Positions 13,413 to 26,300 of a DNA stretch of 64,000 nt are shown here, piece by piece. The translations under genes and the position numbers were made by a program. Each line of letters starts with the position of its first letter. Positions within the stretch are counted from its first letter, which is position 1. This stretch comes from Mobula hypostoma. Taxonomy: Eukaryota. The notes below the pieces were generated by a model. That model was not told the origin of the DNA. It saw only the letters and a list, made by a program, of their open reading frames with translations, and made no database searches. The stretch covers positions 10,418,001 to 10,482,000 of the forward strand of contig NC_086109.1 in assembly GCF_963921235.1 (NCBI RefSeq), in the 5' to 3' direction.

Positions 13413-13577
13413 CAACACACATCAAAGAGTACTCTTCCTTCAGTTAGTCCTGACGAAGGGTCTGGGCCTGAAACGTCGACTGTACCTCTTCCTAGAGATG
13501 CTGCCTGGCCTGCTGCGTTCACCAGCAACTTTGATGTGTGTTGCTTGAATTTCCAGCATCTGCAGAATTCCTGTTGT
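13413..13577 (+). mobile_element. Short PLE insertion with inverted 5' stub
   Basis: Near-identical to the outer end of the 2341-3340 element; 15-nt inverted stub CAACACACATCAAAG; TSD AATGGTTACTGA(CAAC) at 13401 and 13578. Confidence 0.85.
13446..13481 (+). ncRNA. Minimal hammerhead ribozyme motif, sense to SLC41A1 pre-mRNA
   Basis: AGTC-CTGACGA-AGGGTCTGGGCCT-GAAAC-GTC-GACT; predicted cleavage after 13477. Confidence 0.7.
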
Positions 13578-14470
13578 AATGGTTACTGACAACCCACTTT
13601 CTGGCAACGTAACCTGGAAAAGTTTATTTGCATATGAAGATCTGGTAGTATCATCGTTTGGTTTATTATTGTCACATGTACCAAAATAAATGTAAAGCTT
13701 GTCTTGCACACTGTACCTACAGATCAAATCATTATACAGTGAGGTAGAACAAGGTAAAGCAATAACGATGCAGGATAAAGTGTAACAGCTACATGGAAAG
13801 TGCAGTGCAGGTAAACAATATGGTGTGAGATCATAGCGAGGTAAATTGAGGTCAAGCGTCTAGCTTGTCATACAAGAGTCTGATCAAGGGTCTGATAGGT
13901 GGGGTAGAGGCCCAGTGATACAGGCTTTCAGGCTTTTCTGTCTTCTACCTGCTGGGTAGAGGGAAAGTCTGAGGTGGGTGTGATCTTTGAGTCTGCTGGC
14001 TGCTTTGCTGAGGCAGCAAGAGATGCAGACAAGGAGGGAAAGCTGGTTCCGGTGATGTGCCGAGCTGTCTCCACAACTCTCTGGAGCTTCTTGTGATTAT
14101 GGTGCAGAGTATTTGCTACACCAAACCATTCTGCTTCCAGACAGAACGCTTTACATCGTGCACCGAATTTTTTTTTTTTTTTTTTAAATTGGTATGGGTC
14201 GACAGGAGCTTTCCAAATTTCTTTATCCTCCTGAGGAAGTAGAGGCATTGGTAAGCCTTCTTGGCCATGATACCAAAATGGTTGGACCAAGACTGGCTGT
14301 TGGTGGTGCTCCCAGGAACTTGCAGCTCTCAAGTCTCTACCTGGACACTGTTGATGTAGACGGGCCCATGTAGTAAAATTATACAGCGTAGAAACAAGTC
14401 TTAGAAACATAGAAAAGCTACAGCACGATACAGGCCCTTCGGCCCACAAAGCTGTGCCGAACATGTACTT

Positions 14471-14766
14471 TTTTTTGGCATGTGCCTGCGTGCGAGTCTG
14501 TGCATCTGCATGTCCATGCGTGCGACCGTGTTGATGTCTTTTTCATGGCTTTTACAAGGTGCGGAGAGAGAGACTGTGTGGCGCGTCACTCCCCACACAG
14601 ACATTTTCGCCGTATTTTCCCTTTATTTTATGAGGTTGGGTTGCCATCTCGACACTCAGCCCAGTACGAATGGAAAGCATACTCGGGAGCAGATCCGACT
14701 AGTTTCGAACCTGGAAACCTCCGTTCCCGGGTCCGGCGCCAATGTCGTCGCGCCACCAGCCGGCCT
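14471..14766 (-). mobile_element. tRNA-headed SINE with poly(A) end
   Basis: A-box-like TGGCGCGACGAC, B box GGTTCGAAAC; 12-bp TSD GAACATGTACTT; inserted into a CR1 tail. Confidence 0.75.
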
Positions 14767-16465
14767 GAACATGTACTTACTTTAGAAATTACCTAGGGTT
14801 ACCCATAGCCCTCTGTTGTTCTGAGCTCCATGTACCTGTCCAGGAGTCTCTTAAAAGACCCTATTGTATCCGCCTCACCACCATCACCGGCAGCCCATTC
14901 CACGCACTCACCAGGGCTGAAATGGCTATCACGAGAGGACACAGTTTTAAGGTTCGATCACCACTCTTTGCATTTCATATTTTAAAAAAAAAACAAACAT
15001 GCCCTTTATCTCCTCTGTACCTAATTCCAAGCACCTTAAAACTGTGTCCTCTCGTGATAGCCATTTCAGCCCTGGGGAAAAAGCCTCTGACTAGCCACAC
15101 GATCAGTGCCTCTCATCATCTTATACACAATTGTGCCCCTCCTCATCCATACCTATCAATGCTAATCCCATTTCCCCTGCATTAGTCCATATCCCTCCAC
15201 ATCAGGGGTTCCAAACCTTTTTTGTGCCATGGGCCAACACTGTTAAGCAAGGGATCCGTGGACCCCATTTTGGGAACTCTCTGCTCTACATCTTTCCTAT
15301 CTAAGTGCCTGTCCAAACGCCGCCTTAAGCAATGTAATAGTGTCTATGACTTCTTCATTTCAGTCATCCCGCGAATCGTCGTGTGGTTGTTTCGTGCCCT
15401 CCGTCTTTTTCATCTGTACCCGTCACTAGTTCTGAACTAGCTGCTGCAGAGATTTAAGAAATACTTTCTACCACTTTTTGCAAAGTAATTGCCAGGAGCA
15501 CCAGAGTGTCCAGCATATAAATAGATTAATTTGTTTATTATTATCACGTGTACCAAGGAATGGTGAAGAACAGGTCTTGCATATTGTTCAGAGATAGTTC
15601 GTTACAATGCCGTATTAAGGTAGTACATGCAACACGGTACTGGGCCGGTGGTAGAGGCAGATACATTAGGGACCTTTGAGAGACTCTTAGACTCTGTGGA
15701 TGATAGAGAAATGGAGGGCTACGTAGGAGGGAAGGGTTAGATTGATCTTGGAGAAGGTTATACAGCTGGCGCAACATCGGGGTCCAAGGGCTTGTACTGT
15801 GGTAATGTTCTATGCTTTATGCGATTGAAGGAAAAAATCACCGCTGTTCTCCCCATGTCTGCATGGGTTCCCTCCCGTAGTCCAAAGGTGTACCAGTTAG
15901 AAGGTTAATTGGTCATTTTAAATAGTCCTGTGATTCGACTAGGGTTAAATAGGTGAGTTGCTGGGTGGCGCATCTCATTAAATGTGTGTGTCAGAGAAGT
16001 TCTTTTTTAAGAGTTGAGTGTGTGGAACATCCTGCCAGGCATGGAGGTAAAGGCAGATACGTTACAGATGGTTTAGAGACATTTAGATAGGCACGTGGAT
16101 GATAGAAAAATGGAGGGTTATGTGGGAGGGAAGGGTTAGATTGATCTGGGAGAGGGTTAAACATCGTGGGCTGAAGGGCCTGTACTGTGTTCTATGTAAA
16201 ACAGTAACAATGTAGAATAAAGCGTTGCAATTACAGAGAGAGTGCAATGCAGGTAGGCAGTAAGGTACAAGGTCACAATGATGCATACTCTATAACAGAT
16301 CTGTGAAATGGATTTCGCTGGTAACCATGTGCTTTGCCCAATCACGACTGGAATCTGTGAAAATGACCAAACTGTTGTGAATGTGTACTTTCATAAACAT
16401 TCAGTTAGAAATCCCAGTGAAAAAGTGTTAACTACTTTGTGTTGATTTTATGGTTTTTCATCCAG

Positions 16466-16612
16466 GGGTAATCATGGTCGGTGTAATTATTGGCTCCAGG
16501 AAGATCGGCATAAATCCAGATAATGTTGCCACGCCCATTGCTGCTAGTCTGGGGGACCTCATCACCTTGGCACTGCTCTCTGGAATCAGCTGGGGTCTCT
16601 ATATACAACTGC
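16466..16612 (+). CDS. SLC41A1: SLC41A1 exon (147 bp), first MgtE-domain motif
   Basis: tccag|GG GTA...CTG C|gtaagt; [49 protein letters not shown] (PDN..TP.AASLGD motif). Confidence 0.96.
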
Positions 16613-16908
16613 GTAAGTCACACTGAGAAATCCAGTGCTGTTTATTTTGGCAGCCGTCAGCCTTGGTGCTAACTTTGCTTTGTGTACGGGATGCATGTAA
16701 AATCAATGTCCTTGTGGTGAGGGAGTTTGATGTGACCAGGTGTGTCTGCATCACAGGCAAAGCTCTCCCCACAGTTGAGCACATTTACATGGAGCGCTGC
16801 CATGGGAAAGCAGCATCCATCATCAGAGACCACCCCCCACCATTCAGGTCGTGCCCTCACCATGCTACTACAGTTGGACAGGAGGTACAGAAGCCTTGAG
16901 TCCTACAC

Positions 16909-17670
16909 CAGTGGTCCCCAACCACCGGGCCACGGACCGGTAGCAGGCCGCAAAGCATGTGATACAGGGCTGTGAGGAAACAATATGAGTCAGCTGCACC
17001 TTTCCTCACTCCCTGTCACGCACTGTTGAACTTGAACATAGAGTTGCCAACTGTCCCGTATTAGCCGGGACATCCCGTATATTGGGCTAAATTGGTTTGT
17101 CCTATACGGGACCGCCCTTGTCCCGTATTTCCCCCGCTAAGGTAGAGCGTTCCTATGAAACCGTTTGTAAGCCGAAATGGCGTGAAGCGAAGAAGCAATT
17201 ACCATTAATTTATATGGGAGAAGTTTCTGAGCATTCCCAGACCCAAAAAATAACCTACCAAATCATACCAAATAACACATAAAACCTGAAATAAATAAAA
17301 GAAGGAATGATATGATAAATACACAGCCTATATAAAGTAGAAATAATGTATGTATAGTGTAGTTTCACTTAACAGAATTGGGAAGATTAAGCCAAAACCG
17401 ATTTGTAGAAAAAGAATCAGCACGTACACGCATGTGCACGTCACGCAAGCGCACACAGGTGTCCGTGCAAGGCTTCGTGGTCATGGTAGTCTTTCTCAGG
17501 GTAAACACAAGTGTCTCGTATTTGACTACTACTTTTGTCCCTTATTTGGGAGTGAGAAAGTTGGCAACCCTACTTGAACACGGCCCCCCCCCCCCGCCCC
17601 TTCAGCCGGTCCGCAAGAATATTGTCAATATTAAACCGGTCCGTGGTGCAAAAAAGGTTGGGGACCCCTG
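16909..17670. mobile_element. Non-autonomous hAT (Charlie/Buster-like) DNA transposon
   Basis: TIRs CAGTGGTCCCCAACC / GGTTGGGGACCCCTG; 8-bp TSD TCCTACAC/TCCTACAT. Confidence 0.85.
17039..17572. mobile_element. Nested non-autonomous hAT (Blackjack/Tip100-like termini)
   Basis: TIRs TAGAGTTGCCAAC / GTTGGCAACCCTA; perfect 8-bp TSD CTTGAACA at 17031-17038 and 17573-17580. Confidence 0.8.
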
Positions 17671-17960
17671 TCCTACATCAAGTTCAGAAACAGTTATTAC
17701 CCTCCTCAGGCTCCTGAACCAGCATGGATAACTTCATTCACCACTGATTTTATGACCTACCGACTCACTTTCAAGAGCTCTTTTACAGCTCGTGTTCGGA
17801 GTTGCTGGTAACGTAAGTCTTGACAATAACAGCACAATAGCGAACTGGAGTGCCAGTGTCTATCAGTCAAACCCGGTGCCCCCATTGACTCAGACTGGTC
17901 TTCTGTGCATTTTCTGGAGAAAATTTTCTACATTTACTGAGAGAAGTTTCAGTTTCCTGC

Positions 17961-18790
17961 TCATCATCATTCAGGTGTCTTGCCGTTCGGCGTGAGCGAT
18001 CATGTCTCTCCATCCACCACGGTTCCTGGCCCTCCAAATTGTGGTTGTTGCCCCTCCCCCTCCGTTTCTAACCATGATGTTATTCCATCTTTCATTTTCA
18101 TTCTCTGTCTGTCCCTGCTTTTTCCTTCCAGCTTTCCAGTTGTAACTAAATGTTCTCATGTCTCTCTTTGCATGATGTGTCCAAAGAATTTTTATTGCTG
18201 TTTTCTGATTTTTCTTAAGAAATGTATGTTTTGTTTTTGTTCTCTGTAGAACTTCTTCGTTGGTTATCCTGTCCGTATATGATATGCATAGCATTCTTCT
18301 GAGGAAACAAATCTCTGCTGCATTGATTCTTTTTCCCATTGCATTTGTGATGGTCCATGACTCGCAGCCATACATCAATATGGGAAGAATGTAGCAGCTG
18401 AGAGTTCTAAGGCGGATGTCAACTGCTATTTTCTTGTTCGTTAGGATGTTTCTCATTTCTGTAAATGCTGTTCTTGCCATGGCTATTCTTGCTTTTATGT
18501 CTGTTTCGCATTTGCCATCAGATGTTACCCATGGTCCAAGGTACTTGAAGTTGTGAACTTGTTTCAGGATTTCATTTCCCAATACGATCCTACAGTTTGG
18601 GATATCAGGTTTCTTTGATATTACCATTACTTCAGTTTTCTTTTTCTTTAAGGTTAGGCCAAGTCTTTAGCTCTCCGTGTTGATGGTAGATACTAGTTTC
18701 TGTGAATTTACTTCCCTGTTTGCTATCAGTACTGTATCATCCGCATAGTGAAAGTTTTTAATATTGTATCCTCCTATACTTATTCCAGCT
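17961..18790 (-). mobile_element. RTE-clade LINE, 5'-truncated RT fragment
   Basis: GISIGGYNIKNFHYADDTVLIA (YADD) and FKYLG...DIKARIAMARTAF...LMYGCESWT; (TGA)n 3' tail. Confidence 0.88.
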
Positions 18791-18826
18791 ACTATTCCAG
18801 GGAGTTTCCTGCTACTTAAGACTATA

Positions 18827-19373
18827 TACTCAGTGGTCACTTTATTAGGAACAGGAGGTACCAAAATAAAGTGGTCACTGAGTGTATGTTTGTGGTCTTC
18901 TGCTGTTCCCATCCACTTTAACATTCGATGTGTTGTGTTCAGAAATGCTCTTCTGCACACCACTGTTGTAACATGTAGATATTTGAGTTACTGTCACCGT
19001 CCTGTCAGTTTGAACCAGTCTGGCCATTCTCCTGTGACCTCTCTCATTAACAAGGCATTTTCACCCACAGAACTGCTGCTGACTGGATGTTCTTTGTTTT
19101 TCCACACAATCCTCTGTAAACTCTGGAGGGTGTTGTGTGTGAAAACCCCAGGAGATCAGCAGTTTCTGAGATACTCAAACCTCCTCATCTGGCACCAACA
19201 ATCATTGCACTGTCAAAGCCACGTAGATCTCATTTCTTCCCGAACAACAACTGAATCTCTTGATCATGTCTGTATGCTTTTATGCACTGAGTTACTGGCA
19301 TATGATTGGCTGATCAGATATTTTCATTAATAAGCAGGTGTGCAAGTGTGCCTAATAAAGTGGCCACTGAGGG
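18827..19373 (-). mobile_element. Tc1/mariner-like defective element
   Basis: TIRs ACTCAGTGGTCACTTTATTAGG / CCTAATAAAGTGGCCACTGAG flanked by TA; interior homologous to the 37537 copy. An extra internal TIR makes a ~60-bp hairpin at the left end. Confidence 0.8.
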
Positions 19374-19520
19374 TATGTTCTGTGTAAGATGGCTTTGCTG
19401 TGAAGTGGACTGTTCGCTGGGTGTTGCACATCTTTGCCTCCGATCTATTTGCTGACACTGTGTTCATTAACCCTTGCTGGGGTGCCGTGTTTCTCACTTA
19501 GACCATTTCTGTGATTACAG

Positions 19521-19668
19521 AAGCGCATCCGTATATCAACCCTCTAGTCTGTGCTTTCTTTGTGGCACTAACCCCTCTCTGGATCATCATATCAAAGAAG
19601 AATCCAGCCACACGAGAGGTGCTGTACTCTGGCTGGGAGCCTGTAATTATCGCAATGACAATCAGCAG
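19521..19668 (+). CDS. SLC41A1: SLC41A1 exon (148 bp)
   Basis: ttacag|AA GCG...AGC AG|gtatga; [50 protein letters not shown]. Confidence 0.95.
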
Positions 19669-19703
19669 GTATGACTAGTAAAGCTCTGTGGCTCCATTTT
19701 ACA

Positions 19704-19806
19704 GTTACTCTACCAGCTGGTTCCAATGTGCACAAGCGGTTACTCTACCAGCTGGTTCCAATGTGCACAAGCGGTTACTCTACCAGCTGGTTCCAATGTG
19801 CACAAG
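19704..19806. repeat. 35-bp minisatellite, about 3 perfect copies
   Basis: Unit GTTACTCTACCAGCTGGTTCCAATGTGCACAAGCG. Confidence 0.95.
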
Positions 19807-22800
19807 ATCTATCTTGGGGTGGAGGGGGGGAGACGCTTGCTGAATGTCCAACTGGGATGTATCATAAATAATGTCTCTGTTCAGAAAACTAGCTGCGGGA
19901 CGGTCCTAATTTGAAGTGAACTTTGCCTTTGCTATATCCATATGTCTGACTGCTCTACCTAGTAGGGAACCAACTGAGCAAATCTGGGGAGCAATACCTT
20001 CCATAGTAAACTGGTTGAATGGCAAGCTGCTTCCAGTCCCCAGATAGGTATGGCACAGTAGTATAACGTGTTACAGCGCTAGCAACCCAGGTTCCATTCC
20101 TGCCCCTGTCTGTATGGAGTTCGTACATTCTCCTGTGACCGTGTAGGTCTCCACCAAGTGCTCCGGTTTCCTCCCGCAGTCCGTAGACTACGGGTTACTG
20201 GGTGGAATTGGGTGTCACTACCTCATTGGACTGTTACCGTGCTTATCTCTAAGTAAGTAAATAAAACACACCGGACGTCCATATTTGTACCACGCACGAA
20301 CCGTGGAGAGCATTCTGACTGGTTGCATCACCGTCTGGTACGGAAGGGTCACTGCCAAGGATCGGAAGAATCTGCAGAAAGCTGTAAACTCAGCCAGCAC
20401 CCTGGGCACTAGCCTCCCCAGCATCGAGAACATTTTCAGGTGTCTCTGAAATGCGACATTTGTCATTAAGGATCCTCATCACCCAGGACATGCCCTCTTC
20501 TCACTGCCTTCATCAAGGAGAATGAACAGAAGCCTGAAGACATGCTCAAATGCTTTAGGATATTGTTGTAATCTTGCTTTATTTATTATGTATTGCAATG
20601 TACTGCTGCCACATAACAGCAAATTTCCATGGCATATGCCAGTGATATTAAACCTGATTCTAATTCTAATTAACGTCTTCAGCTTTCAGATACAAACTGA
20701 GCAGCGACGGAAACGATGAGTAACCCGCTGGAGGAATTCCGTGGCTTGGAGCAGCATCTGGGAGGGGAGAGGAACTGACCATTCGGGTTGAAACTCTGCA
20801 AAGACTCAAAACAGTTCCCTTCCTCCACCACAGATGCTGCTCAACCCACTGAGGTCCTCCAGCAGATTGTGTGTTGTTCCAGCATCTGCCGTCACTTGTA
20901 TCTCCACTGAGCATTGACAGGGATCAAAATCAAGTTCAGTATCACTGACATATGCTGTGAATTTTTTTTTTCGGGTCCACAGAACAGTTAAAATAAAACT
21001 TAATTCAATAGGTTGTGCAAAAAGAGAGCAAAAATCATGAGGCGGTGTCCATGAGTTGGATCTTGGTCTGTTCAGAAATCTGATGGTAGAGGGGAAGGTG
21101 CTGCTCCCAAAATGGTCGGTTGGTGTGTGTGTATATGTATGTGTCTGTGTGTACAGGCTCCTGTACCACATCCCTGATGGTAGTAATGAGAAGAGGGCAT
21201 GTCCTGGGTGATGGGGGTCGTCAATGATGGATGTTGCCTTTTTGATGTATCACCTTTTCAAGATGTCTCGATGCTGGGGAGGCTAGTGTCCATGATGGAG
21301 CTGGCTGATTTGGTCACTCTATCATTGCCAAGTCATGAGGAATCATGTTATTAATAAAACTACCCCTGCAAGACAGTGAAAATGAAATGTCTCCTCCATC
21401 TTCCTTTCTTTAATTTTGTCTTCCCATTTTGTTCACTGCAATCTAATTGGCAACTCTGCATTCTTCGTTATATCTCCACTCAACCTTTTAAAACTGCCTT
21501 GTCATGCATCGAGGTTGGTGTTTTCAAAACAAAATTTGGAGCGGTGTCCTGTCAGATTACCTGGACCAGTTTCTGGCAGTGGCAATTTGGAATGAACATA
21601 TTGGTCACTGCTAATTCTGGTGGCCTGTCTCCACACTAACGTTCTGTGGAAACCAAACGAATGTGAACTTACATCTAGAACATGGGCGTCATCTGCGAAG
21701 CTTACGCACAAGAGACTCTGCAGGTGCTGGAAATTCTGAGCAACACACAAGGCGCTGAAGGAACTCAGCAAGTCAGGCAGCATCTAGGCAGGGGGTTAGC
21801 ATCCTGATGAACGGTCTCGTCCCTAAACACCGATTGTTTATTCATTTCCATAGATGTTGCCTGACTTGCTGAATTCCTCCAGCATTTTCTCTGTGTGTTG
21901 CTCAAGATTTCCAGCGTCTGCAGAATCTCGTGTCGTACAGCTCTTTCTATTGTTCCCTTGAGATGTTTTATTGAAAGAGTTGCATTTGTATAGCTCCCTT
22001 TGAAGACTGGGAAGTTTTGGGTGCTTTCCAGCCAGTTAACTACTATCTGTAGTATGGTTTTGAAATCACAGCAACCACTTTGCACGTGTTAGTGTGCTGT
22101 TCACCAATCTGCGGTGGTCTTCATAAAATGCTGGGTTCAGGCAGCATTTATGGAAGGAAATGATCAGTTGACTTTATGGGCTGAAAGCCTTCATCAGCTG
22201 TGTGTGTGTGTATCCGTGTGTGTCTGTGTGTGTATCCGTGTATCCAGATCTCCAGCATCTGTGCATTCTCCTTTGTGTCAGCGTAGTGATCGTGATTGAG
22301 AGGTAATTATTGGGCTGGGCACTAGAGGGAGCTCCCACCTTTTCATCAAGGTCATGCAGTGGGATTCTTTATTTTACTTAGAGGAACAGGGCCTTCTGGC
22401 CCAGTGAGTCGTGCTTCTCAGCAACCCACCAATTTAACCCTTGCCTATTAACAGGACCATTTACAATGACCTAATAACCGGTACGTCTTTGGACTGGAGG
22501 AGGAAACTGGAGCACTTGGAGGAAACCCATGCATTTCGCGGGGAGAACGTATACCCGTTCTTACGGAGGACGCTAGAGTCCGAACTCTAACGTTGGTGTT
22601 GTGCTAGCCGCTACGCTACTGCAGTATATGCTTTTACTCCCATTCAAAGGAAGAATTGTTGGCGAGGGGGTGGGGTCAATTTAATGTCAGCATCATTGGG
22701 AACAGAGCAGTCCCTCAGCCCTGCCGGAGAGTATCAGCCTGGATTTTTGTGATTGTGTCTTGAGTTTGTTACTCAGTAAAATTAAAACTGAGATAAATAA

Positions 22801-24308
22801 AAAGAAAGGAGAGAGCAATTAGTGGAGGATCGACGTTACCCGCGTAGAGTTAAAGTGGAAAGTCAGACACTCTTGTTGAATGCCAGTGGAGGTTTGAGCA
22901 GCTGTGTGGCCAAGTCCTGCCCGTCCTTGTATTACTTAGATAGAACAGTTTACTGGATTGTCAACATAAAGGAACTATATTTGCACTTGCTGAAGAGTAT
23001 CTTCCATAGCATTCCTAGGATCTGAAGATAGATTGTCAATATTTTCTTCTTAATACTGCAGTGGTTGTTGCCTCTGCCCCACAAGGGATCAATGTTCGGT
23101 CCTGACTTCCAGTGTTGTCTGCGTGGAATTTGCACATTCTCTCTGTGACCCTAACTGGATGAAGAAGTAGAAGGGTTGGTTAGTAAATTTGCTGATGACA
23201 CAAAGGTTGGGGGTGTTGTCGATCATGTTGAAGGTTGTCATAAGTTGCAGCAGGACATTGACAGGATGCAGAGCTGGGCTGAGAAATAGCAGATGGAGTT
23301 CAATCCAGAGAGGTGTGACATGATACACTTCAGAAGGTCAAACTTGAAGACCGAATAATGGCAGGATTCTTAGCAGTGTGGAGGAACAGAGGGATCTGGT
23401 TCCAGATCCATAGATCCCTCGTAGTTCCAAAGCAAGTTGATATGGTGATTAAAAAGGTGTAGGGTGTGTTGACCTTCATTAATTGGAGGATTGGGTTCAA
23501 GAGCCGTAAGGTAATATTGCAGTTCTATAAAACTCTGGTTAGACCACACTTGGAGTATTGTGTTCATTTCTGGTCACCTCATTATAGGAAGGTTGAGAAA
23601 GCTTTAGAGAGGGTGCAAAGGGGATTTAGCAGGGTCAAAGGGCATGTCTTTTGGGAAGAGGTTGAGTGAGCTACGCCTTCTCTCTTTGGAGTAAAGAAGG
23701 ACCAGGAGGTGACTTGATGGAGGTGTACAAGAGGCATGGATAGAGCGCCTTTTCCCCGGTGTTTCAAGTGAGTGGAGAAGAATAGAGGACATGCCAAAAG
23801 CAGGTTTCTATACACTGCCAGGCTGGTGATAGATGCTGATATAGTAAGGACATTTAAGAGATTGCAGACAGGCATGTGTCTGTAAGAAAAGTCAGAACCA
23901 GGTTTAATATCACTGGCATATGTCATGAAATTTGTTGTTTTGTGGCAAAAGTACATTGCATTATGTAATAAAAACTAAATTATAGTAAGAAGTATATTTA
24001 TATATTTTAAAATAAATTAAATAACCAGTGCAGAAGAAGAAAAGAGAAGTGGTGAGTTAGTGTTCATGCGTTCAATATCCATTCAGAAATCTGGCAGGGG
24101 GGAAGAAAACGTTCCTGAATTGCTGCCTGTGTGTGTTCAGGAAGGTTTTGGGCTGTCTAGGAGAAAAGGGTTGGATTGATGATAGAGTAGGTTTACGTAG
24201 GTCGCAAGGACCATGCTCTATGTTAATAAAGTACAGGAAGTATAAAACAATGTTTTAAAGGCTTCTATGTAAGCTGTATCATAACTGTACAATGTGATTG
24301 TATTTCAG

Positions 24309-24388
24309 CGTTGGTGGACTGATTTTGGATAAAACAGTATCTGATCCAAACTTCGCTGGGATTGCAGTTTTCACCCCAGTTATCAACG
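24309..24388 (+). CDS. SLC41A1: SLC41A1 exon (80 bp) with non-canonical GC donor
   Basis: tttcag|C GTT...AAC G|gcaagt; [26 protein letters not shown](G). Only the GC donor keeps the frame with the next exon. Confidence 0.93.
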
Positions 24389-24739
24389 GCAAGTATACTT
24401 ACTTCTGCCAGCCTTGGGATAAGGGGGTTGGAAAACTACTAAATGCATAGAGAAAAGTTTAACTTCAGTCCCTCTCACCTCATCCACCCGCCTGGCTTCA
24501 CCTGTCAGCTTGTACTCCTCCCTCTCTTTCTCACCGCCCCCCCACCTTCTTATTCTGGCTTCTTCCCCTTTCCTTTCCAGTCCTGATGAAGGGTCTCAGA
24601 TCGAAACATTCACTGTTTATTCCCTTCCATAGATACTACCTGACCAGTTGATTTATTTTCAGCGTTTTGCAGAATCTCTTGTGTTTACAGATTGTTATAC
24701 TGACTTGTACCGCCTTGCCCTCTCTTTCTCTCTCCGCAG

Positions 24740-24874
24740 GTGTTGGCGGAAACCTGGTGGCCGTGCAGGCCAGCAGAATTTCGACCTACCTCCACCTGTC
24801 CGCAGTGCCCGGTGCGGCACCGGGAGGCATACGTAAGAGCTGCCCGAGCCCCTGCCGGACCTTCTGTAGCTCAG
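24740..24874 (+). CDS. SLC41A1: SLC41A1 exon (135 bp)
   Basis: ccgcag|GT GTT...TCA G|gtgagg; [45 protein letters not shown]. Confidence 0.95.
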
Positions 24875-25364
24875 GTGAGGACTGTCTCGCATGATCTGCA
24901 TGCAGAGCAGTTAGAACACCGCCATCTGATCTCATTCCTTGCAGCGTCCCATTGAACGGAGTTAAAGCTGTGCCTATGACCTTGGAGAAACTCAGCTGAG
25001 GGACCAGACTCTCTCTGAATTTGAAATCAATTAGAAAATGTTAAATATCTTATAAATCTTCAATGACTTTTATTTCATCTTTATGTTTTCATACAACATT
25101 GGAAGAAGTTATTCAGCTTAATTAAGCTAGGACAGTTGTCTAAGCATTCCTATCAAAGTTCAATTTTAATTTGTTGTCAAAGAACATACGTTTCCATATA
25201 CTTAACCCTGAGAGTCATTTTCCAATAACCGTAATAGAATCAGTGAAAGACTGCACCAACAGGCCATAGAGCCAGTGTGTGTAAAAAAAAACAACAAACT
25301 GTGCAAATACAAGAAGAAAGAAACAATAAATAAATAAGCAGTAAATATTTGTGATTTTTTTTTA

Positions 25365-26300
25365 ATAAATGACCTGGATGAGGAAGTAGAAGGGGGGGGG
25401 TTAGTAAGTTTGCTGATGACGCAAAGGTTGGGGGTGTGGTGGAGGGTTGTCAGAGGTTACAGCGGGACTTCGAAAGGATGCAGAACTGGGCTGAGAAGTG
25501 GCAGCTGGACTTCAACCCTGATTAGTGTGAAGTGGTTTATTTTGGTAGATCCAATTTAAAGACAGAATATAATATTAATGGTAAGACTCTTGACAGTGTG
25601 GAGGATCTGAGAGATCGTGGGGTCCATGTCGATAGGACACTCAAAGCCGCTGCACAGGTTGACAGTGTTATTAAGAAGGCATATGGTGTGTTGGTCAACC
25701 ATGGGATTGAATTCAAGAGCGGTAAGGTAATGTTACAGCTATACAAGACCTTGATCAGACCCCACTTGGAGTACTGTGTTCAGTTCTGGTCACCTCACTA
25801 CAGGATGGATGTGGATACTATAGAGAGAGTGCAGAGCAGATTTACAAGGATGTCGCCTGGATTGGAGGGTGTACCTTAGAAGAATAGGCTGAGTGTACTT
25901 GGCCTTTTCTCCTTGGAGTGACGGAGGACGGGTGGTGACCTGATGGAGGTGTATAAGATGATGAGGAGCATTGATCGTGTGAATAGCCAGAAGCTTTTTC
26001 CCAGGGCTGAAATGATTAACATGAAGGGGCATAGTTTTAAGGTGCTTGGAAATGGGTACCAAGGGGATGTCAGGGGTAGGTTTTTCACACAGAGTGGTGG
26101 GTGCATGGAATGCACTGCCGGCAGCGGTGGTGGAAGTGGATACAATAGGGTCTTTTAAGGGCCTCTTAGATAGGAACATGGAGCTTAGAAAAATAGAGGG
26201 CTATGCACTAGGGAAATTCTAGGCAGTTTCTAGAGTAGGTTGCATGTTCGGCACAACATTGTGGGCCGAAGGGCCTGTAATGTGCTGTAAATGTCGATGT
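25365..26300 (+). mobile_element. CR1-clade LINE 3' fragment (similar pieces at about 1-220, 7585-8520, 11210-12215, 23150-23880, 47950-49680 and 57090-57390)
   Basis: SKFADD motif and LYKTLIRPHLEYCVQFWSPHYR..ERVQ.RFTRM. Confidence 0.85.

Noticed and set aside
14690..14766. Genuine tRNA gene
   Set aside because: A/B-box-like motifs are present but there is no convincing cloverleaf, and the sequence is embedded in a TSD-flanked SINE.
19704..19806. CRISPR-like 35-bp repeats
   Set aside because: Units are head-to-tail with no spacers, there are no cas genes, and the context is a vertebrate intron.
24393..24394. Canonical GT donor for the 80-bp SLC41A1 exon
   Set aside because: It adds 4 nt and frameshifts the downstream conserved exons.
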